64,000 nt of DNA from Klebsormidium nitens (taxonomy: Eukaryota; Plantae; Klebsormidiophyceae): the NCBI GenBank assembly GCA_000708835.1, contig DF236989.1, forward strand, positions 237,285 to 301,284, given 5' to 3'. A program made the position numbers and the translations under genes. Below, piece after piece: positions 47,348 through 59,696 of the stretch (the stretch's first letter is position 1; each line of letters starts with the position of its first letter). The notes beneath the pieces are model-generated. The model saw nothing but the letters and a program-made list of their open reading frames with translations, was not told the origin of the DNA and made no database searches.

Positions 47348-50300
47348 TCAAAAATACACACAAAGTGTCCCACTCTCTGAAGCATACCTGTTGTAAAGGA
47401 CGAAGGTGGAGTTGTGGGCCTTGACGTAGTCGTACGGGTGCTTGTTCGCGGACTTGACGATGGCATTCACCGTCTTGCTCAGGTTCTGCGAGCCGGGAAC
47501 ACATTGTTACTGTCTGGTGATCTGGCCAGCACACGCTTGGTAAGATGAAACTCGGATGATGATCAGCCAAGCTCCGAGATTGCTCCGACTGACACGAAAA
47601 CCCTAACCTGGTGAAGAACCTGCTTCGCACCCCTACACAGCCTAACCCCCAAACCGATTCTACTCGTCCCAGTGCGGTTACCTCGTTATCATCGGCTTAT
47701 GGTAAGTTCTCTCGAGTTTGTGTTTGATAAGGACGTCGTCGTTCCGTTCATCTTCCGTTCCGTCTTCCGTTCCGCACAGCCTTTGCCACGTGACCACGTG
47801 GGCTGCTTGAAGAACTCCAGGAGGCAATTGCCACCACTATGACCCCGGACAGGGACACATAAGCGCAGTGCAATGAAGAGCAGGACGCAATGGAAGCTGC
47901 AGACTCGGGCACCTTAACCTCGCATCCAAAGTCTGCGCCGTTAGGTGCGGAATTCGCGGGAATCGACGGTACAATAGACTCCTCGCCTTTGTGGGGACTA
48001 TCGAACACTCCGTCGAAAGCAGCACCTCGGGTGCTGAGGTTAAGGAGCCCGGAACAATGAGAGGGCGCTTACGTTCAGAGCGGGGCGGACTGTGAGCCCG
48101 TTGGCGGAGGTGTTCATCTGGCGGATCATGCGCAGCGCCTGGTTGTCAATGTAAGTCGCGACGTAGTTGTTGTCATCCGAGGCGACCTTGCTGGGGGAGT
48201 AGACGGCGAAAGACGTGATCGCGGCGGAGATCAGAGCCGCGATGAAGATGGTCAAGATCCACCCCCCGAACACCTGCGAACGAGCCGAAGGGAGTCAGCC
48301 GGATCGAAGGTGCAATGTGCAACGAACAGAAAGAACGTGATAGCGGGTGGCACCTGATCCTTCGGACAAGACGGAAGGTTCTGGTTCTCCAGACGGAAAA
48401 GAAGGCAGACATCAAAGCGCAGAAACATAAGAACGGCCACGAGCTGAGAGAGATGAGACGAGTGTGTAAAACGTGGGAAAAGCTTGCGGAAACTGTAGAG
48501 GAGGCTAGCTTACGATCCACAGCTTTGCTTTGGTGAGGCTGATAAATCCATGATAAAGGAATCCGCTCAATGAATTTGCAGATACTCGCGTTCATAGAAG
48601 CAAAGCACACCAGCAGTGCCTCTCCTGGCAAATCGCATAGCCTCAGAAGTGCCGTGCGGGAAACGGTGACCCTTTTGGAAGGCTAAAACGTTCGTGATTC
48701 ATGAGAAAGGAACAGACGAAACCGCCCACAAACCATAGCGTCGGGGGTTGGGCTTAAGGCAGCATCTATATAACCCACCTTGGTGATAACCCGCCAGTTG
48801 ACCCCCTTCGCTCCCTCGAAGAGCCCCATGGCAACGAGGGCGCCCGTGATGGTCTGGGTAGTGGACACGGGCAGGCCTGCCAAGCGGTATTTAAATAGTC
48901 AGGATTTATAATGAACATAAGTATTATTTTGGTTTGTTGTACTTCTATACATGAAGTGATTATTCAGTAATTGATTTTAGTTGCAGCTCTTTGCGACCAG
49001 GCTGCCGATTCGAGTAAGAGAGGGAAGCTTAAATAGTTACATGACTAGTAGTTAGTCGAGTCTGCGACAACTAGCTTGACTAACTTTCCAAGCTTCCTCC
49101 CCTATTTCAAACCGGCAGGTTGCTTGAGAAGAGCTCTATTTAATTAGTTAGTTGAGTAGTTAGTGACAAACGAGGCCGAGAAGGGCGGCTAGCCCGCGGT
49201 CGCGTCGCTCGGTGCAGTTCGACAACCGCATCTTAGAGAGGCGTGATGGCAACCTTTGAACAGAGATTTAGACGAAAGGGTCCGAACACGACGAGTTTCG
49301 GCCGCGGGTGTATTGACCATGTTACTATGCCAATACTAATCTCAGTGGTCAGGGTCCGATGCAGGAGTTCGGGTTAACAGGGGGCTAACCATATCTGGAG
49401 GAGAGGATGACGACGCCCGCGGTCGCGAGCTCGCAGCAGAATCCGCGCGCGTTGGTCATCTTGACGGACTTCACACCCAGCACCTGCAGAATCTTGTACC
49501 CGTACGTGGACAAACCAGCAACGATGCCAGCACCACCTGTAAGAGATGACGGACAGGTTTAGGAATAATAAGCGGCAGGTATAATAAGCTCGCCAATCTG
49601 GACGAGTGGGGTTAGTTTGATGGTTAGGGTGAGTGCGCGTGTGGAGCACTCAGATTGTTGGGTTAGGGGTTTAGTATTTTAATGGAGCTTATTATACCTG
49701 CCTCTGATAATCTATAAGTGAGTCCGTTGTCGGCAAGAGAACAGGGACCGATTGAGAAGATGAATGCAAGACCAGGAGTAGTTACAACGGCAACCGATGA
49801 GAAACGAACGGATTGTTGTGAAGTGAAGAAAGTGAGCCTTCATCACGAGTACTTTAAACATGATTTACTGACCGCCGACAAGTAGGATGGAGGGACTAGA
49901 AATGAGAAACGACGATCGAAAAATGGGAAATCTGATGTAACTTACCGTACACGAGGATCCACTTCTCGACATTGGTCTTAGGGGGCACCTTGCTTGTGTT
50001 CCTGCAACAGTAAAAGCGCTCAGCAATGAGGTCGGGAAACTTAAAGGCCAACCCTTTGAGATGGGCATTCATTCGATCTGGAAAGTCCAAAAAGGGGAAC
50101 GGTGCAGAAGCATGACGTGCAACAAATGCGAAAAGAGGACTTGGGAAAAACCGTACCTCGTGGAGACAATTGAATTCCGAGGAATGCAAGCGACGAAATG
50201 GATGAAATCCTCAACGAATCTAGTCCGTGACACAGACTCTCATGTACCTTCGTCTGCGCATCGTTTATGTTTTGAAGCCGGAAGCTGTTTCGGATACTCT

Positions 50301-53300
50301 CTTAAGAAACCTGATCAGAACCAAGCTGACGAACACGGAAAGCGGCCTTACCAGATTGTGTAGACAGCGGAGTAGGGTCCCATGGCGTTGGCAACGTCGT
50401 TGGAGCCGTGGGCGAAAGACATAACCATAGCAGAGAACACCTGCGGTCAATGCAAAGAAGAAAAGGTTAACCAATGCGCCTCTTTCCGCAACTCCAACTT
50501 TCAGCAACGACAGTTTGTGGAACAAGTAGATAGCACGATAGTCCGACAAGCAATCCCGTCTTGAGGAGCAGTATCAAAGAACCAATCCTACGAAGATTCT
50601 CAATTCGACCCCAAGCAAAACACGAGACAGAAGGCAAAACCCACTCGTTCTGCCCCAACGGCAAACACCGCACTCTGTGTGAATCAGCGTTCTGCCTTGC
50701 TTTGGAGTCATATCTACTACGATCTCGTTGTCGATCATGCACCTGGAGGTAACGGAACAAACGCTCCGTCTTGAAGTCGAAGACCTCGGCGCCCTCCCAA
50801 ATCTCTCCAACGCGGTCATCGGTGCCGATGGCATCGTGAACTTTGTAGTTAGCGCCGTAGGTCAGGGTCCTGACAAACCAGTTGCCGAAGATGAGCTTGC
50901 CTGCGCCCGTCTGTGCGAACTTGTTCACACCCATCTTGTCCATGGAGCGGTTCCACATGGTGTCCTTGCCTGCAAGAGCATCAAAGGCGAGGTGTGAATC
51001 GGCCACGGCCAGCGTCAGTTTCAAGAGGGTCCTTGAATCGGTTCGAGCCATCCAACCATATTGAAACCAAGAGAAAACTTAAGCATATGATAACCAGTTG
51101 ACGGTGAGAAAAAGAGAGAGTTACAGATTGAAGGATTTCAAAACCGGGGCAGAGTGTTCGCCTCGCGTAAGGCATTTCTCTGCTCTTCACTTGTAAGCGG
51201 CAATCAAGTGGCGGCTATTCGTTTTCCAAACAAAGCACAAAAGGCCATCAGCGGACGGGTCGACGCGTGTCTTACTCTCGTTGGCTGCTTCGACATCGGC
51301 CAGCGCACGCAGGCGAGCGGCTTCCTTGGGGTCGAGCTCGCAGGCCTCGATCTTGGCGGCCTCCATCTTACGGTCGGCTTCGGAGCTGCAGCCATAGCAG
51401 AGGTAGCGTTTCAGGTCCAGTGCAAATCCAACTTCATAAATCACAGGCATTTTTGGCTGTTAACCAAGGAAAAATATGGGCTGGTCAAAAAGTGGTATAT
51501 GTCCAGTAATCATTATTGGGGGGTAACTAGTCTTGGAGCAAGGTTACATACCGACTAGTTAGTTATCGGATAACCCGAGAGAAGGTCTAGTAAAGAACCC
51601 TGGTTAGCATCCAAAGCTTATTCCTGTGAAAGCGATCTGACTTGGGAAGAAAGGCAGTCACTGCCGTTCAAAGCAAGCACTGAAAAACACTATGTTTTGT
51701 CCAATTTGTGGGATTACAACCTGCCCTGTTGACTTTGATTCTCGAAGAGGGCAGCTAGAAAGCGCATCTACATGCACGTTGATTACACCACAGGAAAACA
51801 CCAATGACGTCACGGATCCACGTTGTCTGCTTTGACTACTAATGACAAGGCAGGTAGCGCAGCAAAAAAAATCGAGCCCTCGCCTTGTGCCTCTTTGCCT
51901 ACGAGGTAAATTGCTTGGTACAAATACTGCTGGGACAGCGCACTTTGAGTTACAAGCATTCTACGCGTCAAGCCAGAGTTGGATCGCTTTAACCAACCGG
52001 GTCTTCAACCAGAAAAATGTCCGTAATCTCTTCTCAACTTGGTCGAAGAAACGAAAGGCGATCGGACGAGGAGCTTCAACTTCAACATGGTGACTGTAAC
52101 CTCTTCAACTTGGTCGAAGAAACGAAAGGCAGTCAGAAACGAGTAGCTTCAAGCTCAACATGGAGCTGTGACTTCAGAGGAGATCACGCACCGCTCCCTG
52201 TCAGCGTCTGCCGCGTGGACTGCCTTCCAGAGCAGGGGCATGGCGATAAGTCCAATCAGAACGCCCATGCCGACAGCAATCACGACGCTGATCCACACGC
52301 TCTCAGCTCCCGATAGCTTTTGCACAGCAAGCAAAAAAGATCGGACGTCAGAAGGGACATCATGCTCGATAATAAGATTGGTTTGAACAGGCCTGCGAGA
52401 TGGGTGACATGTGCAATTTCCTGAGAATCGTAAACCGTTTTTAAGACCACTTTTCGGATCGCCGCCAGAAATATCAGGGCAGGTTGAATGTCAGAACCGG
52501 ACTTTTCAGAAAGCTTTGAGACTCACATCTGAAGGCAAAATTAAGACTGCTTGAATCTCTAACCCGGACCTTTCAGTCAGAAAACGTCCTTATAACCCTG
52601 TTGTGACTGCTCTTAAGCCGGGTTAGCACAATGGGTGGTGGAGCGATTCTCCCCAACAGACAGAGGAGAGATCGAAGAAACGGTGCATCAGTGGAAGACG
52701 TTCAAGTAGGGCCCGGGCAACGGGTCCAAGATTGCAAACAAAGTGTCGAGACAGGGGGTCCAAGGGGGGAACTTACGTCCCAGCTGCCATTCTTGTTGCC
52801 AGTCTGAATGACAAACATAACGACGACGAAGAAGGTCCCAGTCACCAGGATTGGGAACAGCTGCACGAAGGAAGCACAGATCGTGTGAGAAGCACGTCAG
52901 CTAGCTCGGGCGTCAAACGCCTCTCAGTTGATCCAGAGATTAGGCAGGCCTGTAACTCAAGAACGTTGGTCATGGATTGACCTTGCACTCCCGTTTCAGA
53001 GGAATAGCTGGTAGGCAACAACAGGGGGGAGTCTTCCGATCCTGTTAGGCTCACGACTTACGAAAGCTTCAAGAGACCCAGTCGTTATATCAGAGCAACA
53101 AACAAGGTGGGCTCCCAAACAGCTCATATTCCCCTACAGTCAAATCAGATGCTTTCAGGTGTTTACAAAGGCGACCTGATACAATGCAACACGCATCATG
53201 GCAATCTCCACACACGCCTGCTCATATGCAGATCAGAAGAGTGCGACAGTGGGAGGCGCGACTTACGTAGAAGGCGCGGATGAAAGAGTGCGGCGAGCGG

Positions 53301-55631
53301 AGGACGAAGGTGCGCAGCAGGAAGAAGAGAATGGACACCAGGATGCCGGAGCTGATTGGAGACACCACCCACTGCACTGAAGAAGGGGTCAGCAACGAGA
53401 AATATAAGAGCTCACGTTGGGCTATAAGAGCTCACATTAAATATAGAGGTTACGTTGGGCCTTTTGCCACTGGTCCAACGAATCTTAGGTCTGCACGCCA
53501 GGTTTATCGTCGAGGTCTCAGCAGAAACAAGGGGGGAAGATCGAGCACATGTGAGCAGACAAATCCGGAAGAAGGTGCAACTAGGCAGATAGGAGGCGGC
53601 ATCAGTTTCTGATTCAGAGGTTGAAGTCGGAACATTCTGATACCTTTCCATACTGGGGCGTCTGATGACCTCACAATGAAACCTTCCGTGGCTGAAAGAG
53701 CTGGTCTTGTCTTCTTGAGAAGCGGGACAAAAACGGAACGGGGTTTCTGGCGTGCAAGCAAACTCCTTCCGTCACATTGAATGGCAGAGGGCAAGTAACG
53801 CACCTGGAGGAAGATGATGCTCATGCCCTTGAGATACGGGAACTCGTTATTGCCCGCGCTGTTAATGTTCAGCTTGCTCCCAGGCCCTTATTGGAACTTG
53901 AGGCGATCTTTACGAATCTGGATAGGGAAACCGAGACCCACCTGGAGGAAGATGATGCTCATGCCCTTGAGTACGGGAAGTCGTTGTCCCCCGTCGCGGG
54001 GTTGATGTTCAGCTTGCTCCACACCACAGCATACCGGCCGCGGATGACCCAGGCCATGCCCACGATTGCGCCAACTGTAAGAGGAGGAGGACCTTTGGGT
54101 ACCAAAATGCTACTAAGGGAGAAAACGAAGAAACACGATCGAAGCATGGGTCTTGGCACATCAAATGCATCAGTTGACACAACCAAAGTTGAGAGAGTCC
54201 CGAGGAGAGCGTCGGCTCACCTGTGGTATGAGTGGTGGAGACTGGCAGCTCCAGGTGGCACGCGAAGTTGTCCCAGAACGCCGCCATGATCATGACCGCG
54301 AGCATACCCATCATCAGCAGCTCTGCACACCAAAAACAAGCCCTCAAAGCGGTTCAGACAAGTTGCTCAAGCATAACCCAACCACAGGCCCACCCATGTA
54401 TGCAGAAGCACACAGGGGTTTTTGAGAGGTTTGCCCATCCGATAAGAGTAAAAGGCAGCTTTCAACACTATGCAGAGGGGCCAAATCACGGACAGCTGGT
54501 GAAATGCCTGATTGAAATACTTGAGGCGAGATGGTGGCGAGCTGTAAAGGTCGATCACCTGGGGTGTTGGTGAAAAGCCCCACGTTGGCGATCTTGTTCT
54601 TAACAGCTGCACAAAGGAAAAACAGGTTCGTCAGGCTATTGATACCAGAAACAATGATTGAGGAAAGGCACAAAGAAGGTTTGCCCATCGTTTGGAGCCA
54701 ATGGCCTCAGAAGCCCTCACACTTGAGCTTCAAGCCCTTGAAGACTAATCTGCTGCTCCCAACCTTGGTTCCGCAAAAGCAGATTCTTGCTAATATGCAA
54801 TCACACACTCCAAACCTCCATCCGTCTTGCTTCACCAAGGAGGAGAAGCAGGCCTAGCGATTACAAACACGCACGGGCAAGGACTCTTGAAAAATACATC
54901 ATAACACCTGAGGCAGCATCTGAGAGGACTCGTTGCGCTTACTGTCAGTGACTCCTGCTCCAAGCAGAAGCGCTCCCAGGAATTCGCAGACAGCTGCTAT
55001 CATGATGGCCTGGGGCATGGACAGGGCTTTGGACCCAACTGAAGTGGCGAACGAGTTGGCCTGCGGGTGGGAGAAGAAGGAGGAAATCAAGAATCCAGGG
55101 GGGAAAAATTGAAAGAATCCGTTACCTAGGGGGCAGGTGTAGCTAGTGCGCTGTTTGTTCCTCAAAATTGATGCAAAAGATAGGGGACCCGACAACGCAC
55201 CCAGAGGAGGATCAACTGCCAGCGTTGTTGGGTTGCCTGCTCAAAGCATCTTGGAACAAAACAAGAAGGAATCAACTTCATATTTGCAGGTTACCCATGA
55301 GAGACAGCATCATACTTGCTAAGCTGGAGGGGCAAATGTATCGTTTTCAGAACTGCTTGTTAGCGATTCAGAGTATTGACAGATGCAAGGATTGCCAGGG
55401 GGCACAGACAGCAGAGAGATAATAAGTTCTTGGCCCTGTCGTCCCATCCACACATTCCTCTCTGTCCAATAGAACCCCGTTTGACCAGACGGTTGCAGTC
55501 ACAAGAGTCAATACGTATGTGTATATTCTCGGGAAACTTACCACATCGTTGGCGCCGATCCCAAAGGCGCAGATGAAACTGACAACAGTTGAGATCGCAA
55601 AGATCCATGTGTACTGGTCGAACTGAGCCAT
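47348..55631 (-). CDS. PTB: PHO4/PiT (SLC20-like) phosphate symporter, algal PTB type, copy 1; apparent 1-nt deletion at about 53970; 3' end uncertain
   Basis: ATG at 55631. N-terminal signature FGIGANDV|ANSFATSVGS, LELPVSTTHTT|VGAIVG, C-terminal signature SFAHGSNDVANAMGP, GFCCELATAGVVILSSRY|GLPVSTTQTITGA, GVNWRVITK|VFGGWILT. About 14 exons with GT-AG junctions. Confidence 0.93.
52040..52170. repeat. About 63-bp intronic tandem duplication
   Basis: caacttggtcgaagaaacgaaaggc..agcttcaa..caacatgg occurs twice. Confidence 0.9.
55521..55528. promoter_or_regulatory. P1BS motif (GNATATNC) in intron 1 of PTB copy 1
   Basis: GTATATTC about 20 nt into intron 1; motif match only. Confidence 0.4.
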
Positions 55632-55827
55632 CTTGACCAAGGGGAGTTGGGGCAAGCGAGCACTGTGTCTGCAATGACAGGGAAAAGGCCATAAGCTGGT
55701 GGCTGCTGCCAAAAATTCCATGTAGCAGGTAGAGGGCCCAAGCAGAGGAGAGTTGGTGTCTGTTAGCGCAGATTGGTTAGATACATCAAGCAGCATTAAG
55801 ACATCAATTCAAAGTTCAGGGTATCCT

Positions 55828-55835
55828 GCATATTC
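55828..55835. promoter_or_regulatory. P1BS motif (GCATATTC / GAATATGC), candidate PHR1/PSR1-family site
   Basis: Exact GNATATNC match 197 nt upstream of the ATG of a phosphate transporter. Confidence 0.6.
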
Positions 55836-56453
55836 CAGCCAGCCAGCTCGGCGACCAACGGCGCGCTATCATTGATCAGCTGTAAGAGCTCTACCAAGCA
55901 CCAGCGCACAACGCTCCAAGGGCCAGAAGTTCTGGAGTCAGCGGGAAGAAATGGGCCTCCTGCCTATATTGTCATGACCAGCTTTCAGTACGCGGCTCTG
56001 GAAGGGATTTATCGCACGGTCCCATATCGAAGAACTTATAGCCCGTCCCAAGCTGCGGATGCAATGCAGCAAGCTCCAAGGCCGATCAGCAAGCGGTGCC
56101 CTGCTCGATCAATGGCGTGGAGTAGACCGGTCGTGTTGACTCACCTTCAAACAAGTTGCAACGGCAGCAGGGGCGCCCCCGACGTGAAGACAAGATGGAA
56201 GAAGTTCACCTCCAAACTTCTCCTCCGAACTTCTTCTCAAGAGACAAGTGCCGCAAAGGACCTGGCTTGGTGGCCTATGCGGCTATGATACGGTTACCGT
56301 ACTGAGTGAAAGGGTGTGATTCGGACATCACTTCGAAGTTCGCTGGTGTCGTCGGTCGACCAAAATGAGCTGGATGTTCACACCTTTAATACCATATTGC
56401 AACATCCAAAGAGCATCTTTTTGGAATCTTTCTCGAGCTGCCCTTATTAGGTA

Positions 56454-57050
56454 CCGTCACTTTAAAGTGGCACCCGGTCATCGGTATAAGAGGCGCGCTT
56501 AATTTGGCTGGAGGGGCACAAGCCCTGCGCCACCTCCGGCGGGGCCTTGTCCTTAGATGGCAAGGCCCCGGCGCCCGCCTTATATGTACCGGGTCACATT
56601 TTTCAGATCGAGTAAGAGCACCGTCGCACCTATAGGTACATGATTTTGCCCTTTTTTGAAATTGGATCGAAGATGTATTCCTGGACTAGCCCTGGACACA
56701 ATGTTCGTGGCGAAACTAATTCTTTTCGCCAATTTGATTTTCGCCAGATTTTTCGCCAATTAGTGTCTGGGAGCTCCTATTTAGTGTATTCCAAGATTTG
56801 TTTTCGCCACGATCACTGCCTGGACAGCCCTGGACTAGAATCGCAGATCCGTTAACTATTAAAAGAGCATAAATCAGCGTGGGAAAGCATGTTTTCCCGC
56901 CTGTTCGAATCCGGCTGGGCGCCCGGCCAGGTCCAAAGCCTCAAGGCCCCCCGGGTCCCCCCCTTCCCACCTCGATCGGTCGACGGAGGCAACCCAAGCC
57001 TCCCCCCCTCAACAGAACACCTTAAACCGGGTGCCACTTCAAAGTAACGG
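56454..57050. mobile_element. Non-autonomous DNA transposon (MITE), 597 bp, 25-bp TIRs, TA target duplication (Tc1/mariner-like)
   Basis: Left TIR CCGTCACTTTAAAGTGGCACCCGGT (56454-56478); right ACCGGGTGCCACTTCAAAGTAACGG (57026-57050), its reverse complement with 2 mismatches. TA at 56452-56453 and 57051-57052. No transposase ORF inside. Confidence 0.82.
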
Positions 57051-59615
57051 TACCCTAAACGGGTAGACAACGGCACTGGGCAACACGTACGGAAAACGTG
57101 AGAACGCCGAGCCGGCCTTTCACGAAAGGATCTCACCGGGGGGCATTATCCCACCTACCGGGTACCCTTCTGGAAGGCGCCCGCGTTAATGGCCTCCCAA
57201 GCGCCTCACAAGTTGGGGGGGCGATTGCCAGGGGGCACGATGGCTGGTGGCGGGCCCCCTGTGGAAACGCTGCTCTGCGCCGTGCGGCCTGGAGGCCGTA
57301 GGTCTCGTAGGTTTGTCGTCAGTCTGCCACGAATCCTACCGGGCCCAGGTGGCCATGTTACGGAGGTGGGGAACGCAAGAGAATGAACATGCCACTGCGG
57401 CCGTACAGTGTCGACATACTCCGAAGTAGGTATTTAATGTCGACATTAAACAAGGTTCGAACTATAGGCTTTGGGTTCCGGCGTGGATACTCCCGGGGCC
57501 CCGGCCGCCTGGGCGGCCGCCGCCGGTAGCCCTAGCAAATAGGAGGGAATTGGGTTGTCCAGGGCGACGTTGTCCCAAGTCCCCGGGCGACCCAGCCCAA
57601 GCGGGGAAGGAATCTTTATGAAACAAGAAGACGAGCGCGCTGTGTGTACACAACGGATCCAAGGATGGGGGGGACTGGCCGACACTTCGCCCACACAATT
57701 CGCTCATGCTAAACGTCATCCCGGCCGGCTCTTTCCTACCAAATCTACTAAGATACTTCGTTAAATGCAACGCGAGAACACCGCGAGAATAACTGGATAA
57801 CGAACCCCTGGAACGCCATCTTCTTCTTCCCCCTCCCAGGTACCTACTAGACAGATGGTCTTCATCAAATGATGCACATGCCTCAAGCGGACGTGGGGCG
57901 GACATTGAAACACTGGATGTAAAAGAGATGCGGGGAGGAAATTCTCAGTCGAACAAATGGATCTTCGACTAGCGTGCTTGCCAGAATGCTAATGCTTGAT
58001 CTGTTATGTGCATAAACTATGCCTTGAATTTAACAATGCATCGTTTTGTAAGTTTATATCTTTGACATAGCCAGTTTGATCAGTTCTCCCTCGGGCGGGA
58101 GACATAGTCTCAATCGTGTGCGGCTTTCAATGAGAATAATGATACGTTCTGGCTCAACTGTCTACCGATTATTGTGTTGAATGTCCACATAAGTTCTTGA
58201 AAATGCATGCCGGTTTATAGCAGGGTCTCGGAGGCTGGAATTGCAGGCTGCCTGGACCGGCTGATTCCGGGCGGGCATCCATATGAGCCTAAGATACGTT
58301 AGGCCGCAAAATCAACACAACCTATAAGGATTTTACGATCCTAAATCCCCCTCAAATTGGCAGGCCGGGTGCGCGTGTCACACCTCTTGAGTATTCTGGT
58401 TTTGAGTGGTGGATATAGGGGTTGCATGTTCTAACGAATTTGCAAAAGCAAGCAAGCTTGAATTATGTGTAAGAATCTTTCATATTGACATGCTACGACT
58501 ATAAAAGCGCTGGCTGAACTCCGTAGCTTGGAAGACCATGTGCATCACAATTTGAAAGGAGAGTGTCACGTTTTTTAGTCTTCAAGACTTACTAATTATT
58601 CAAAGAGTTGTAGACCCCTTCTCTTTGACTCACCATTGAGGGAAGCGTGTTCCCGATTATTACAGTTCGAGTCGGAAATTGCTGAGCGTTTCTCGAGGAT
58701 TCCCAATGAGACTCGGAGCTGGCTGCCGGCTTATAAGGTGGCAAGATTAATGTAAAGCAAAAGAAGCAGATTCTGAGAGGCAACATTTCTCAAACAAGGA
58801 CAAAGCAGCAATCCGAGCGACTATTTAGCAGATGCATGTGTGTGATCACAATCTAGACAAAAATACGACAAGGGATTTGCCAAACTTAGGCACGCAAGTC
58901 AAAGGACGCCCTTAAATGATTCCAGATTGCAGGCGATTATAGAAACTGACCACGTGAACTTCGGAGTATGTATGGTTACTGATACAGATTTGAAATTTCC
59001 TACACCTGCGAGTACTATAATCGCCGCTGGTTCAATTGTCAGTTTTGAATGGCATCCATTGTCTGCTACAAAATTTGGGATGTACAAAACAATCATCTCA
59101 CCTATTGTACACCGTTGATGTCCTAGGCTGTCAGCCCTCGATACAATACGCATGACTACCTATCTTGGATTTTGTCAGACCAAAGTAAGACACTCTGAAC
59201 CAGCTTCAACTAATAACCTGCTAAGAATCACGCGAATAATTTCTTTGTTATACAAGCTTACGCCGAGAGGAGAACCAAGCCATCTGTGCGTGCCAACTAG
59301 CTGGAACGACAATCGGAAAATCGGTGCGCGCCAATCTCTATGCGGTCTTGCTTGACAGCGTGCTGCAAGGACGAAAATACCGCATTCAGTTTTGATACAA
59401 GCACTGACATCCGCACTCAAACTCCACACCACTGAGATCACGCTCTGGCGGACCTTCACCTCTGCCACGAGCAGGAGCAGTATCACACGTGCGGTGCATA
59501 GCGACCCTACCGCGCCAACCGAGAAGCGAAACCCTCAGCAACTTCGACCAAGACCCAGTCATTGTGCACGTTTTCTGAGACCTCGACGGTTGCAGATCCC
59601 ACGAAAAGCGTCAAT

Positions 59616-59659
59616 CTGTCGATGGCCCCTCTGTCGATGGCCCCTCTGTCGATGGCCCG
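59616..59659. repeat. 15-bp tandem repeat x3 (CTGTCGATGGCCCCT)
   Basis: Read directly. Confidence 0.95.
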
Positions 59660-59696
59660 AATGTAAGGTGCCCATCGTTTGTCGTCAGCTGCATGG

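Noticed and set aside
57790-57950. PPRYLLDRW resembling the MULE/FAR1 post-SWIM motif
   Set aside because: No upstream CxC..CxH SWIM finger in a compatible frame; too short to support a call.
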